DNA of 58,121 bases, counting the filler, from Basidiobolus meristosporus CBS 931.73 (taxonomy: Eukaryota > Fungi > Basidiobolomycota), in assembly GCA_002104905.1 (NCBI GenBank). It is 3 parts of 3 records of this genome, joined end to end, with 100 filler letters (N's around TTAATTAATTAA, not from the genome) between each part and the next. Parts side by side here need not be neighbours in the genome. Positions count along the whole stretch, not along the records: positions 24,212 to 41,264 come from MCFE01001105.1; positions 41,365 to 58,121 come from MCFE01001113.1; 1 more part is not named here. One strand, given 5' to 3'. Positions 39,083 through 51,660 of the stretch are shown piece after piece; within the stretch, counting starts at the first letter, position 1, and each line of letters begins with the position of its first letter. A model generated the notes under the pieces. It searched no databases. It saw nothing but the letters and a program-made list of their open reading frames with translations, and was not told the DNA's origin. A program made the translations under genes and the position numbers.

Positions 39083-41264
39083 TGTTATGAATAGACACAA
39101 GGCAGGAGAGTAGAGCTAGGCAAGGCAGGACCAGGAAAGGACTTAGGTATGGATCAACAAGGCAAGGCGGATTTCCAAGGCAAGGCTGTTTATTCAAGAC
39201 CTGTGTTTATCAGACTGAGGAATACTTAAGGGGGGATAGGACTATATATACTTTTTAGCTATATTGATGCCGAGATATGTTAGCTAATACTAATGGGGTT
39301 GTGGGGTGAGGCACAGCAATGGTGCTGGGGATAATGACATAGATGACACGGTACTGAGACAGGATGGGGAAATGGATTGGGTCACCTGATCATGTGACTA
39401 AGTCATGTGACCTGGTATTTCCATATATGGTACTGGACTATAAAAAATACGATGGAAAGCTTCCATGGAATGTTCCATTGTGTAACAATGGTTTGGAATG
39501 GTCAGGAACTTTCTGGAAGGTGGTAGAAGGTTCCGGAAGGAATCTCTTAGAAATTGAGCTGGGAAGCTGAAACTTGGCATGGGTGTTCATGGTTGTCATG
39601 TGATCATGACACTATTCTCCTCTTCCAGGCGGAGCTCTGTTTCCCTTTGGGGCAGGTTTTGCAGGATATTGTTGGTGGAACTGGGTAACTAGTTCTTGAC
39701 AATTAGTGAGATGTGTAGCTGGTTCCCATGTTTGGTCACTTGGGCCATAACCAATCCAGTCTACTAAGTAGTACAGCTTTGACCGGATATACTTGGAGTC
39801 TAGAATCTGTTTAACTTCAAATTCTTGATGTTGGTCAACCTGGATAGCTTGGGGCTTTGCTTCTTGCCGGTTTGGCAATGTGTTCCTACAATACGGCTCC
39901 AGGAGGGACACATGGAAAGTATCATGGATTTTCATACTTGCTGGTAACTGTAGCTGATATACTATAGGGCTAAGCTTCTTCTTGATCTTGAAGGGACCAA
40001 GTTTCTTGAAATCCAACTTGTCACAAGGGCGGTTGGTGCTGATGTTTCTTCTGAGCAACCATACAGAATCTCCTTCATTAAGATCAGGGCTGGGATGCCG
40101 TTTTAGATTGGCAAATTTCTTGTAGCTTTCCTGAGCTAAGGATAGCTCTTCCTTGAGGGTGTTCTGGATGTCCTGGATTGCTTGGGCATGTTCAGCCGCA
40201 TGTGGGCTCATTGGGTTTGTTGGAATCTGGATATCAAACTGAGGGTGGAATCCATAGTTTGCATAGAATGGTGTAAAACCGGTTGCACTATGACTTGAGT
40301 TGTTGTAGGCAAACTCAGCAACAGGGAGTAGATCAGCCCAATTGTCTTGCTGGTAATTGATATAGCACCGGAGGTATTGCTCCAGAATCTGGTTGATTCT
40401 TTCAGTCTGGCCATCAGACTGTGGATGGAAGGCAGTAGAGAGCTTGACTTGAACACCAAGGTATTGCATGAAGTGTTTCCAAAACTTGGACACAAACTGT
40501 GGGCCTCTATCTGACACAATATCACTGGGGATACCATGAAGGCGGAAAATATTCTTCAGGACTAAAGCAGCAGTTTCTTTTGCATCAGTGTTCTTACAGC
40601 AAGGGATGAAGTGAGCCATCTTGGTCAGCCGGTCAGCCACTACAAGTATAGCATTGAAGCCACATGACTCAGGGAGGTCAGTAATGAAGTCCATAGATAT
40701 AGATCTCCATTGGTGTTCTGGGATAGGCAGGGGTTGAAGAAGTCCATAGGGCTGGTGTCTGGCTGGTTTTGCACAGTTGCAAATATCACAAGTCAGAATG
40801 TACTCTTTGATAAGAGTTATCATTCTAGGCCACCAGAAATCTCTTTTGATAGCATTCAAGGTTTTGGCAGTACCAAAGTGGCCTGCAGCCATTGAATCAT
40901 GCCGAGACTTAATGATGTCTAGCTGGGTGGCAAGGTCTGGGACATAAAGCTGCTGCTTGTGGTAGATGAGGTTGTTTACCAAATGCAGGTTCTGGATGTT
41001 TGGGAACTTGGGAGGGGGCCCAACTGGGGATTCCAGATATTTCTTGATGGTGCTGGAAGTCATATCAGAGGCTTGGGATTCTGATATCCTTACTAGGAAT
41101 GAAGGGATGACAAGACTTGAGGACTGGGTGGCAAGAATCTCAAAATGTTTCTTGCTCAGCAATGGGTGTTCCATTTGCTGACAGGCATCATCTCCCTCTT
41201 CCAGGGCATATTCCTTTTTTCTGGACAGGGCATCAGGCTTTCCTTGCTTTGCACCAGGTCTATA
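39083..41264 (-). mobile_element. Ty3/Gypsy chromovirus, 3' half (5' part lost in gap)
   Basis: 3' LTR 39083-39611 (TGTTATGA/TCATGACA), PPT GGAAGAGGAGAATAG, open pol frame from the gap to 39612. Confidence 0.92.
39612..41264 (-). CDS. Gypsy pol C-terminus: RNase H tail, integrase, chromodomain
   Basis: YRPG..GKPDALSR; HDSMAAGHFG..CDIC; ISMDFIT, VSDRGPQF, DGQTERINQILE; KLGPF; EFEVKQILDSK..YYLVDWIGYGPSDQTWEP. Confidence 0.92.
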   Translation of the reverse strand, partial: YRPGAKQGKPDALSRKKEYALEEGDDACQQMEHPLLSKKHFEILATQSSSLVIPSFLVRISESQASDMTSSTIKKYLESPVGPPPKFPNIQNLHLVNNLIYHKQQLYVPDLATQLDIIKSRHDSMAAGHFGTAKTLNAIKRDFWWPRMITLIKEYILTCDICNCAKPARHQPYGLLQPLPIPEHQWRSISMDFITDLPESCGFNAILVVADRLTKMAHFIPCCKNTDAKETAALVLKNIFRLHGIPSDIVSDRGPQFVSKFWKHFMQYLGVQVKLSTAFHPQSDGQTERINQILEQYLRCYINYQQDNWADLLPVAEFAYNNSSHSATGFTPFYANYGFHPQFDIQIPTNPMSPHAAEHAQAIQDIQNTLKEELSLAQESYKKFANLKRHPSPDLNEGDSVWLLRRNISTNRPCDKLDFKKLGPFKIKKKLSPIVYQLQLPASMKIHDTFHVSLLEPYCRNTLPNRQEAKPQAIQVDQHQEFEVKQILDSKYIRSKLYYLVDWIGYGPSDQTWEPATHLTNCQELVTQFHQQYPAKPAPKGNRAPPGRGE

Positions 41265-41364
41265 NNNNNNNNNNNNNNNNNNNNNNNNNNNNNNNNNNNN
41301 NNNNNNNNTTAATTAATTAANNNNNNNNNNNNNNNNNNNNNNNNNNNNNNNNNNNNNNNNNNNN
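41265..41364. other. Scaffold gap with artificial six-frame stop linker
   Basis: N44-TTAATTAATTAA-N44. Confidence 0.97.
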
Positions 41365-41760
41365 TCAGATGCAGGGCTGTTTAGTCTGATAAATATTCAA
41401 AATTTTCAACATAAATAACATCAAATGATGACAAAAATTTGATCTCAAGTCCACCAGATGCCAGGATTGAATTAGAGCAAAACATTAAATATTTTTCACT
41501 CCAAAAGACTATAAAGCTGTGGTTCAGCCAGAAGCAGTGCCCAGGAATATCCCTGATGTGCTTATTCAATTATCAAATGCCAGGAAATACAAATGGACAA
41601 GAAATAGCCCAATTTACTATCAATGAGGGTACAAACTTAGCCTATGTCTATTCAGTACATATTGATGAGCCCCAGACTATAAAAGAGGCCCTTAATAGAT
41701 CTCAGACAAAGTTTTGGAGATCTTTAATGACTGAGAAATATCAGACCCTGATGGTAGTTA
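41365..41760 (+). mobile_element. Copia IN-RT linker fragment
   Basis: Matches 36590-36980 (LISSPP..., EGTNLAY..HIDEPQT). Confidence 0.85.
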
Positions 41761-41779
41761 AACTTGGAACTTTTTTATT

Positions 41780-42330
41780 TGATTGTAAGTGTATGTAAAT
41801 GGTAAGTTGCATCCTGGAATTATTTGGCAAGAAGTAGTTGTAAATCCTCAAAGCCCCATTACTCATATTAGTGGATGCATGTGCTCCTCTAGCCACAACA
41901 TTGCATCATTTTCCAGTAAATGGGTTGCTGGGTTCACCTTGCTTGATATAGTATCCTTGGCTTTTTTTTTCTATGGGTATTGTCTCCTTGAATATTGGGA
42001 TTTTGCCAGGCTCATGCAGGGTACTGATGTTAAGGGAGATAGACTCACAATCCATCAGCAAGCCTTTTTCTTCAGAGCTATCACTCTACATGCTATACTC
42101 CAAAGGCTGAGGTGGGCCCAAAGGCATCACAAACTTGCTAGACTCAGTTTGCACAAGGTGACAAGTACAGCTAGGCAGCGTTACAGCAGTATCAAGTGGC
42201 TTGCAAAATATTGTTGGTACTGAAGTTACCAATGAATGGTTGAATATGACTTGTGTTGTATAATACTATCAGTGATCCTTATAGTACTTCCTATGCTGTC
42301 TGTGTGCCACATGGCTGAGAGGCTTGTGAA
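41780..42330 (-). mobile_element. CMC-family relic (copy 2)
   Basis: Reverse complement aligns with ~29100-29530 (gatagctctgaagaa..gatggattgtgag..cagtaccctgca). Confidence 0.75.
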
Positions 42331-43320
42331 AATAGCCACATGGTCTTTTTCTCTTCTCTTGCAGTGTAGACACTTTGAAATATAATGTTATTATGTCACT
42401 TTGTTGTCAATGTGCATGCAAATTTAAGACAGTCTTGTATTTGAAACATTGCAGCTGCATGAATGTAAGATTCCATGATGAACTGCCATATTAAGCATTG
42501 TAAATAAAGCAGTGTCACCATATATAGATCTATATGTAACACTATCCTCCCTTTGGTTTGACTCACTTCTGTAACATCACCTTGGCCCATTTCAGCCAGT
42601 ATGTTGTCAGCTCATACCAAAGTAATAAGCAGGTAATTAGGTACAGTGGCTTTTTGGATAGAAGCAAATGCCCAGAGAAGTCAGGAAATAGTCTAGTACA
42701 TGAATGAGTAGAAAACATATGTAGAGCAATCAATATCCTAGGTGGAAAATGCAGTATTTATGCTGCAAAGAAGGAACTCACGCAGCTCAATATCACAGCT
42801 AAGAATTTAGCCATTTCCCAAAGTAACAGCAGAGGAACACTGTTGTGCATCATCATTTAAAACCTAACCTATTTTACTCTAGAGAGTCTAGTACCCTAAC
42901 TGATTTTCCCTCACCCACCCATAACTTATCCCTTTTGTGGTTCATTTTATCACTTCCCAGAACTTATTTTTAGCTGTCATAGCTGATTAATTTTCATTTG
43001 GTCATTATGTCCTCCACTGATCTGCTAAGCCTTTCCAAGTGATTAGTCATCTGAGATCTGTCAAGCCACTCAGCAGTTGTTAAAGCATCAGCTGGTTGAT
43101 GATGCAATTTCCATCTGTCTTATGTGGCTATCAACATCCAAACTAATTTCAGTTAGTTCAGTCACTTGGCGCTTATTAATTCCACTTGCACAGAGAAGTA
43201 TAAATACAGGTTAGTGAACCTTTTGGTTTAGTGTGCATCTCAACAAAATTAGGATTGTGCCTCAGCAAAATTAAGAATTCAGCAATCACATTCTAGTAAC
43301 TACCCAGGTCTAGCATATTT

Positions 43321-46300
43321 TGTTGTAAAAATTTGTAAATCTGCCTAAGTTCTCACCTAACTTAGTCACTTAGATCATTATCTTCAAATCTCAGAGAATA
43401 CTCACCAAAATCTGTGTCAGGATTTTCCTAGAATATTTCACCAAAATATCAGGTACCCAAAACATAAAATTCTCAAAGTTGCTCAAACAGCCCCAAACTT
43501 TGTACACATGATCTTGGGACCTTCCTATGCATATTGTATGTGCTTGCTTTGCCAAGATCATGTAAAAGTACAAATTCTACTTTCATATGCAATAAATCAT
43601 CAATTGAAAACCACATAATCTACTTGCCCACCCAATCATTTCCAATATCCCCAAGACTCTGACAACAGGTTGTGCACCCCAAGCTATCACTCTTGGCAAT
43701 ATTGACTATTGCAAATACTGGAAATTTTCCCTCTGCTGAAAAGTTGTACGGATATAACTACCAAGTGTGGAAGGTGAAGATGAAGAAGCTGCCACAAGAA
43801 AGAGGTCTTTTGGAAATTGTTATGGGATGGCAACACCCTCCTAAATATGTGGGAAAGGAGTAATTAGAGTACTAGAAGAAAGAACAAAGTGCCTTTAACT
43901 GCATTTGCCTCAATGGCAAAGACAAATTGCTAATTCAATGCTCAAGAGCAAAAACAGCAAAGAATGCCTGGAAGGCAGTAGAAAACACCTATCAGTCATT
44001 TTTGTAGTGATATTCTGAGGAGTACTTGAAGGGATGTGGAGAACTAGAGGCTTAAGTTATTTACTTGTAGATATATTAATCAAAAGTATAGTATTTATAC
44101 TTTTGATAAAGTAGGGCAAACATATGTTTAAATTTTGTTAAGAAAGGTCCTAAGAATATGTGTGCAAAGTTTGGGGGCTTTTGGACAACTTTGAGAAAGA
44201 TCATAAATTGGGTACCTGATAATTTGATGAAAATATTCTATGTAATCCTGACAAGAAATTTGGTCAGGACTGAACGCTAATCAAAGAGTAAATCTGTGTG
44301 ACTAAGTTGGCATGATTACTCTGGTGACAACTTAATACTTACAACAATGTTCAGCTGCTAAGAAAATGTATCTCAGACAAAAATTCTTTACTACAAGGAT
44401 GCTGCCAGGAGAAGAAATGAAAAATCTAATTAATAGAATTGCACTGCTGGTGGATGAGATGGAATCTTTAGGCATACCAACTACTAATGCGGATGTGATA
44501 GTAAACATTCTGAATAGTCTGACAGACAAGTCTCAGGGCCTTACATCTGCACTTGAGTCCAAAACTAAATACTTGACCTTAAATTATGTATATGAAAGGC
44601 TCCTGGATGAAGAATTAAGATAATCAAGCGCTAATAAGAAGGAAGAAGAAAATGCTTTAGTAAGCAGTAATAACCAGCAACAGATATAACTAAGACCTTT
44701 TAAAGGCAATAGCAACCTGTTTTGCAACTATTGCAAAAGGAAGGGAAACATCAGAATGGTGCTGGAAAAAAGACATTGTCAGCAGAAAAGGCCTGAATAT
44801 GAAAATGCTGCAATAACTGAAGATAGACTATTCATATCAGCACTAAATATGACCACAAACAAGGGTTCTCAGATGTGGTACATTGATTCTGGAGCATCTC
44901 AACACTTTACACTCCAAAAAGAAATTTTTACCACATATCAAGAAATTCCAGTTCAGAAGGTTTTCATAGGTGACAATAGCAAGGCCACAACAGAAGGACT
45001 CAGTTTCAGCTTTGACAATTCTGCATGCAGGATCACTGATCACAGTTATGCTCATATTGCTTATATATCATAGATCAGAATCTGTATTAGTTGATCTATA
45101 TTCTGGTATATCTGGAAGCCATTATAAGTGACTTGAATAAAAAAACACCAATACTTTGGCACAGGAGATTTGGGCACATCAATTTTGATTATTTACCCAA
45201 AATGATCAAAATCAGCAAATTTCTGGAGTGAATATTGCTCCCCCAGCTAATTTAGAGCTCTGTGAAGCCTGCATATTTGGGAAAGAGCCAGAAAACCATT
45301 CAAGAGCCCTGGGTTAATCAAAGCCAAGAAAAATAAGTTCAATTCACTCAGATCTGTGTAGACCTATTGCAGATTTATTCATAGGCAGGATGAAGTATTT
45401 AATCACTTTTATCAATGATTATATAAGATACATATGGGTCTACCCCATGGAGGGAATGGTAGAGGCTCTGTCCAGTCTTAGGGAGCTTAAAAACATGGTA
45501 GATAGAAAAGCTGGTGAAAAAATCAAGAAAATATGCTGTGACAATGGTGGAGAATATATCCCAAAACTCTTTATCCACTTATGCAAAATTTATGGGATAA
45601 AGCAAGAGACTACTCTACCATACTTCCCACAGCAAAATGAAGTAGGAGAATGTGCAAGCAGATCATTAATTGGTATGGCAAGATAAATGAACCAACCAAA
45701 AATTACCCTATGATTTTTAAGCGGGATCAGTGACCACAGCTGTATACCTAAAAAATAGGAGTTATTACAGAATACTTTGTGGTTCTTCTCTATTTGAAGC
45801 ATGATATGGATACAGTCCAAGTACAGAACATCTAAAAATATTTGGGTGTACAGCATATGCCAAGAAACTGCCCAGGAATCAGTCAAAATATGGGCCAAAA
45901 AGGGTAAAATGCATATTTTTTGGCTACTGCAATGAGAGTAAAGCATATAGACTCTACAATACAATAGCAAAAAAGCTGATCAGGTCCATGGCTGTGTAGT
46001 CTGACTGATACTCAAATTTTTCACAAAAACTGACATCAGAGGATGATGAACAGCTGATCTCAAGTCCACCAAATGTCAGGATTGAATTATCACCAAACAA
46101 TGAGATAATTTTCCCTCCAGAGGACTCTACAACTATTGTTCAGTCTGTAGCAGTGCCAGGAATATCCCAGAAGTGAGCATTCTGGTATCAAATGCCTGGA
46201 GATTCAACTGGATAAGAAATAGCCCAAATTATCAAATCAACGTGGGTACAAACTTAGCCTATGCCTATTCAGTCTATATCAATGAGCCCAAGACTGTAAA

Positions 46301-46833
46301 AGAGGCCCTTAATAGCCCTTGGACAAAGTTTTTGAGATCTTCAATGATTGAGGAATATCAGGCCCTAATGGAAAATCAAAATTGGGACTTGGTCAAATTA
46401 CCAATCACTCAAAAATCAATTGGACGCAGATGAGTCTTTGAGAAGAAATACAAGGCTGATGGTGGAATTGAAAGATACAAAGTAAGACTGGTGGCCAAAG
46501 GATACTCTCAAACAAAAGTACTTAACTATACTGAGATCTTTGCACCAGTAGCCAAGTTTAATTCCATCATATTAATATTGGCTATTGCAGCCATATAAAA
46601 TTTTTTATACACAAACTGGATGTAAAAACTGCATTTTTAAATGGAGAACTTGAAGAGGATATGTATATGAACCAGCCTGATGGGTTTGCTGACTAAGATA
46701 ACTCCCACTTGGCCTGAAAGCTCAAAAAATCTCTAGATGGACTCAAATAATCACCAAGAGCCTGGAATTGCAAATAGATTCTTGTTTGGAATATTTGAGT
46801 TTCAAAAGAACTAATGTTGACTATAGTATTTAC
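43321..46833 (+). mobile_element. Decayed Copia copy 3, truncated in RT by copy 4
   Basis: LTR 43321-43667, decayed PBS, gag/pol fragments with many stops. Confidence 0.9.
44003..44346 (-). mobile_element. Solo LTR of a diverged Copia subfamily inserted in gag of copy 3
   Basis: tgtagtga...cttacaaca, flanked by ATTTT/ATGTT (original gag cagtcATGTTcagct). Confidence 0.75.
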
Positions 46834-49800
46834 TATTGTAAAGTTTGTAATTCCACCTAAATATTCTCCTAACTTAGTCACTTAGATCATTACCTTCAGA
46901 TCCTGGATAATACTACCAAGTTCTTTGTTAGGATTTACTGAGAATATTTTCACCAAAATGCCAGGTGCCAAGAACATGAAGATTCCCAAAGTTATCCAAA
47001 CAGCTCCAAACTTTGCACACATGTTCTTGGGCCTTCCGCAACCTATTCTATATGTTTTCAATGCCAAGACCATGTCAAAGTGTAAATACTACTTTTAAAA
47101 TCAATAAATCATTAAGTGAAAACCACATAATCTACTTCTCCTCCTTATCCCTTCAAATATCTCCAAGACTCTTACAACAGGCTATGAGCCCCAAGCTGTC
47201 ACTCTCTGTGATGTCTACTACTGCTATTACTGGAATATTTCCCTTTGCTGCAAAATTTGATGGATCTAACTACCAAGCGTGGAAGGTGAAGATAAGGAGG
47301 CTGCTACAAAAAAGAGGCCCTTGATATGTTGTCATGGAAGATGAATTCTATCCTAAAAATGTGGCAGAGAAAGCCTTAGAGTACCAGAGGAATGAACAAA
47401 GGGCCTTTAACTGCATTTGCCTTAATGTTAAAGACAAATTGCTAATTCAATGCTCAAGAGAAAAATGGCAAAGAATGCCAGGAAGGCATTAGAAGACACC
47501 CACCAGTCATGTTCAGCTGCTAAGAAAATGTATCTGAGACAAAAACTCTTTTTTACAAAGATGCTGCCAGGAGAGGAAATGAAAATGAATTAATCAACAG
47601 AATTACCCTGCTGGTACATGAGATGTAATCTGTGGGTGTACCAACTACTGATGACAATGTGATAGTAACTATCCTGAATAGCCTGACAGACAGGTTTCAG
47701 GGCTTTGTATCAGCCCTAGAGTCCAGAACTGAAGATTTGAACTTCTATTGCATATATGGAAGGCTCCTGGATGAAGAATTAAGAAAATCAAGTGCCAATA
47801 AGAAGGAAGAAGAAGATGCTTAAATAACCAATGATAACTAACAAAGGAGGTACTCAAGACTTTACAAAGGCAACAGCAACCTGTTTTGCAACTACTGCAA
47901 AAGGAAAGGATACATATTAGACTGGTGTTGCAAAAAGAGAGATAATCAGCAAAGGAAGCCTGAATATGGAAATGCTGCAACAACTGAAGATAGACTAGTC
48001 ATATCTGCACTAAACATGACCACAAACAAGGATTCTCAGATGTGGCATATTGACAATGGAGCATCTCATCACTTTACACACCAAAGAGAACTTTTTATAC
48101 AACATCAAGAAATTTCAACCAAGAAGGTTTTCATGGGTGACAATAGAACACTTGATGCAGTGGGAGAAGGAACTATCCAAGTAAACCATAGAGGCAGTGA
48201 AGGAAGCCATACACTGACCTTTAAAGAAGTGCTCTATGTACCAGAAATAGCCAAGAACCTGCTATCTGCAAGCAAGGCCACATTAGAAGGACTCAGCTTC
48301 AGATTTGACAATTCTGGATGCAGGATCACTGATCAATATGATGCCTATATTGCTTTGGGTATCAGAGATTGGAATCTGTACAAGTGGGCTTATATTCCAT
48401 CATATCTGGAAGCCAATATCAGTAACTTATATGAAGAAACACCAATGCTTTGGCACAGGAGATTGGGGCACATCAATTTTGATTATTTGCACAAAATGAT
48501 CAAAGATCAGCTAATTTCTGGAGTGAAAATTGATCCCCCTGCTAATTTGGAGCACTGTGAAGCCTGCATATATGGGAAACAAGCCAGAAAACCATTCAAG
48601 AGCTCTGGGTTAATCATAACTAAGATAATTTTCAGAGTAAAATTTGATCCCCCAGCTAATTTGGAGCACTGTGAAGCCTGCATATATGGGAAACAAGCCA
48701 GAAAACCATTCAAGAGCTCTGGGTTAATCATAACTAAGATAATTTTCAGAGTAAAATTTGATCCCCCAGCTAATTTAGAGCATTGTGAAGCCTGCATATA
48801 TGGGAAACAAGCCAGACAACCGCTCAAGAGCTCTTGGTTAATCATAACTAAGAAAAAATTAGATCTAATTCACTCAGATCTGTGTGGACCTATGCAAAAT
48901 TTATCCTTAGGTGGGATGAGTTATTTAATCACTTTTGTTGATGATTATACAAGATACATGTGGGTCTACTTCTTGGAGAGAAAGGTAGAAGCACTGTCTA
49001 AGTTCAGGGAGTTTAAAGCCATGGTGGAGAGTGAAACTGGTGAAGAAATCTAGAAAATACGCTCTGATAATGGTGGAGAATATATCTCAAAACTCTTTGT
49101 CCACTTCTGCAAGATTCATGGGATAAAACAAGAGACTACTGTATCATACTCCCCACAGCAAAATGGAGTAGCAGAATGTGCAAACAGATCAATAATTGAT
49201 ATGGTAAGATTTGTGATCCATGATCAAAAATTATCCTATGATTTTTAGGCAAAATCAGTTGCTACAGCTGTATACCTTGAAAATAAGAGTTAGAACAGAA
49301 TACTTTGTGATTCTACTCCATTTGAAGCATGATATGGATACAGACCTAAATAGGCCTTGGACTAAGTTTTGGAGATCTGCAATGACTGAGGAATATCAGG
49401 CCCTAATGGAAAATCAAACTAGGGACTTAGTCAAATTACAAATCAACCAAAAATTAATTGAATGCAGATGGGTCTTTGAGACAAAATGTAGGATCATGGA
49501 ACAATTGAAAGATTCAAAGCAATACTTGTGGTCAAAGGATACTCTCAAATAAAAGGACCTGACTATACTGAGACCTTTGCACTGGTAGCAAAGTTTAATT
49601 CCATCAGATTAATATTGGCTATTGCAGCCAAATATACGTTTTTTATACATCAAATGGATGTAAAACTGCACTTTTGGAATGAAGAACTTGATGAGGCCTT
49701 GTATATGGACCAGCCTGATGGGTTTGCTGACCAAGATAACCCCCATTTGGTCTGCAAGCTTAAGAAATCTCTCTATGGTCTCAAACAATCACCAAGAGCC

Positions 49801-50953
49801 TGGAATTGCAACATATATTCTTATTTGGCATCCTTGAGTTTCAATAGGAGTAATGTTGACTATAGTATATATATTATAAGCCAGATAGAGCAAATCCAGT
49901 TCTATTAGCTATATATGTGGATGATCTTATTATAGCCATCAATAACCTAGCAGCATTGGAAGAGACTAAATCCAGCCTATCTAAAGAGTTCAAGATATCC
50001 AATCTAGGAGAACCCAGTTAATACTTAGGGTAAAGTTCTCCATAGACAGAAGTACCCAGACTAATATGCTAAGCCAATCCAAGTATATTCAAGATTTACT
50101 AATGAAGTACCAAATGGTAGACTGTAAACTGGCAGCTACCCCAAAGGAGACAAACCTTAACTTGGTCAAAACTCAACCAAATCAAGAGAGCTTGGTGCCA
50201 TCTGAAAGCCCTGACTTTCCTTGATAAACTATGATTGGCAGTCTGATATAAATCATGCTTGGAACACATCCAGATATCTCATATTCAGTGGGAGTTGTCA
50301 GCCAACATAATCAGAATTATAGATCTGATCATATTGCAGCAGTTTAGCAGACTTTTAGATACCTAAAAGGAACTGCTGACATCTGCTTAAGATACACTTA
50401 TAAGGACTTAGAACAGGATCTTGTGGGATACTCTAATGCTGATTGGGGACAAAATTTGGAAGACAGAAGATCTACCACAGAATACACCTTTCTTTACTGT
50501 CAAGGAGCAATTTTATGGAATTCAAGAAAGCAACCAACTATAGAGCTTTCTATCACAGAAGCAGAGTATTTGGCAGCTTTTTGAGTTACAAAAGAAGCAA
50601 TGTGGTTAAGAAAGCTTCTTACAGATTTAGGCCTATGTCAAAAAACGCCTTTTACTCTATTTCAAGATAATCAAGGGTATATACAATTGGGTAGAAATCA
50701 AACTTTTCATGCTAGAACTAAGCACATAGATATTAGACATCATTTCATACATGAAGCTATACAGAATAACTTGGTTAGCTTAGCTTACTGTCCTTAAGAA
50801 GAAATGATTGCAGACATATTTACCAAACCATTGGCTAGAGACAAGTTTGAATATCTTAGGTCAAAATTAGGACTAGTCAGTATGAGCATTTAGCTGAGTG
50901 GGAGTGTTGTAAAAATTTGTAATTCCACCTCAATATTCACCTAGCTTAGTCAC
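46834..50953 (+). mobile_element. Decayed Copia copy 4
   Basis: LTR 46834-47179, PBS GGCTATGAGCCCC, internal triplication 48511-48850, deletion near 49345, PPT and truncated 3' LTR 50905-50953. Confidence 0.9.
48511..48850 (+). repeat. In-frame 114-bp triplication in Copia copy 4
   Basis: tgatcc anchors at 48531, 48645 and 48759; DPPANLEHCEACIYGKQAR three times. Confidence 0.95.
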
Positions 50954-51263
50954 AAGAACAAGTAGATTATGTGGTTTTCACTTGATGATTTATTGAATGT
51001 TGAAGTAGTATTAACACCCTTCTATAGTCTTGGCAAAGCAAGCATATAGGATATATATAGAAAGGTTCCAAGAGCATGTGTGCAAAGTTTGGGGTTTTTG
51101 GACAACTTTGAGAAATTTCATGTGCTGGGTACTTGATGTTTTGGTAAGAATATTCCAAGTAAATACCAACAAGAAATCTGGTCAGAAATCTCTAGGATTT
51201 GTAGGTCATGATCTGCATGACTAAGTCAGGTGAGTGCTTAGGTGCATTTATGAGCTTTACAAC
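50954..51263 (-). mobile_element. Inverted degenerate Copia LTR fused to the copy-4 3' LTR
   Basis: gaacaagtagattatgtggttttc...gagctttacaac matches LTR 10683-11032. Confidence 0.85.
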
Positions 51264-51660
51264 TGATTCCTGGCAAGTTAGCACCTTGCAATGGTGGCAT
51301 TATATGATGTGCATGCCATGCAACTTTTAACACATGCTGGTATCAGGATGGTCTCTGGCTCATTTGTTGCAAGCTACATTATGGTTGTCTACTTGTACCA
51401 TCTACATGGTTAGTTGCATTCTGGAACAATTTTGACAAGAAGTAGCAGTAAATCCTCAAAGCCCCCATTACTAATGATTGTGGAAACATACCACCTCACA
51501 AGTCAATACATTTCAGCATTCACCAGTAAACAAATAACTGGGCTCACTAGGCCCCATAAAGTGTCCCTGGTATTTTTTTCAATAGCTGTTTTCTCATAGC
51601 ATATTGGGATCTTGCCAATCTCATGCAGGGTACTGTTGCAAGGGAATATAGGCTCACTAT
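51264..51660 (-). mobile_element. CMC-family transposase relic (copy 3)
   Basis: Reverse complement encodes LATNEPETILIPAC...ATIARC, homologous to 29538 onward, and shares a block with 41790-42070. Confidence 0.8.

Noticed and set aside
41790-42070. Repeat shared with 51400-51660, first read as a DIRS-like RT
   Set aside because: The reverse complement aligns with the 5' part of the CMC element (29250-29620).
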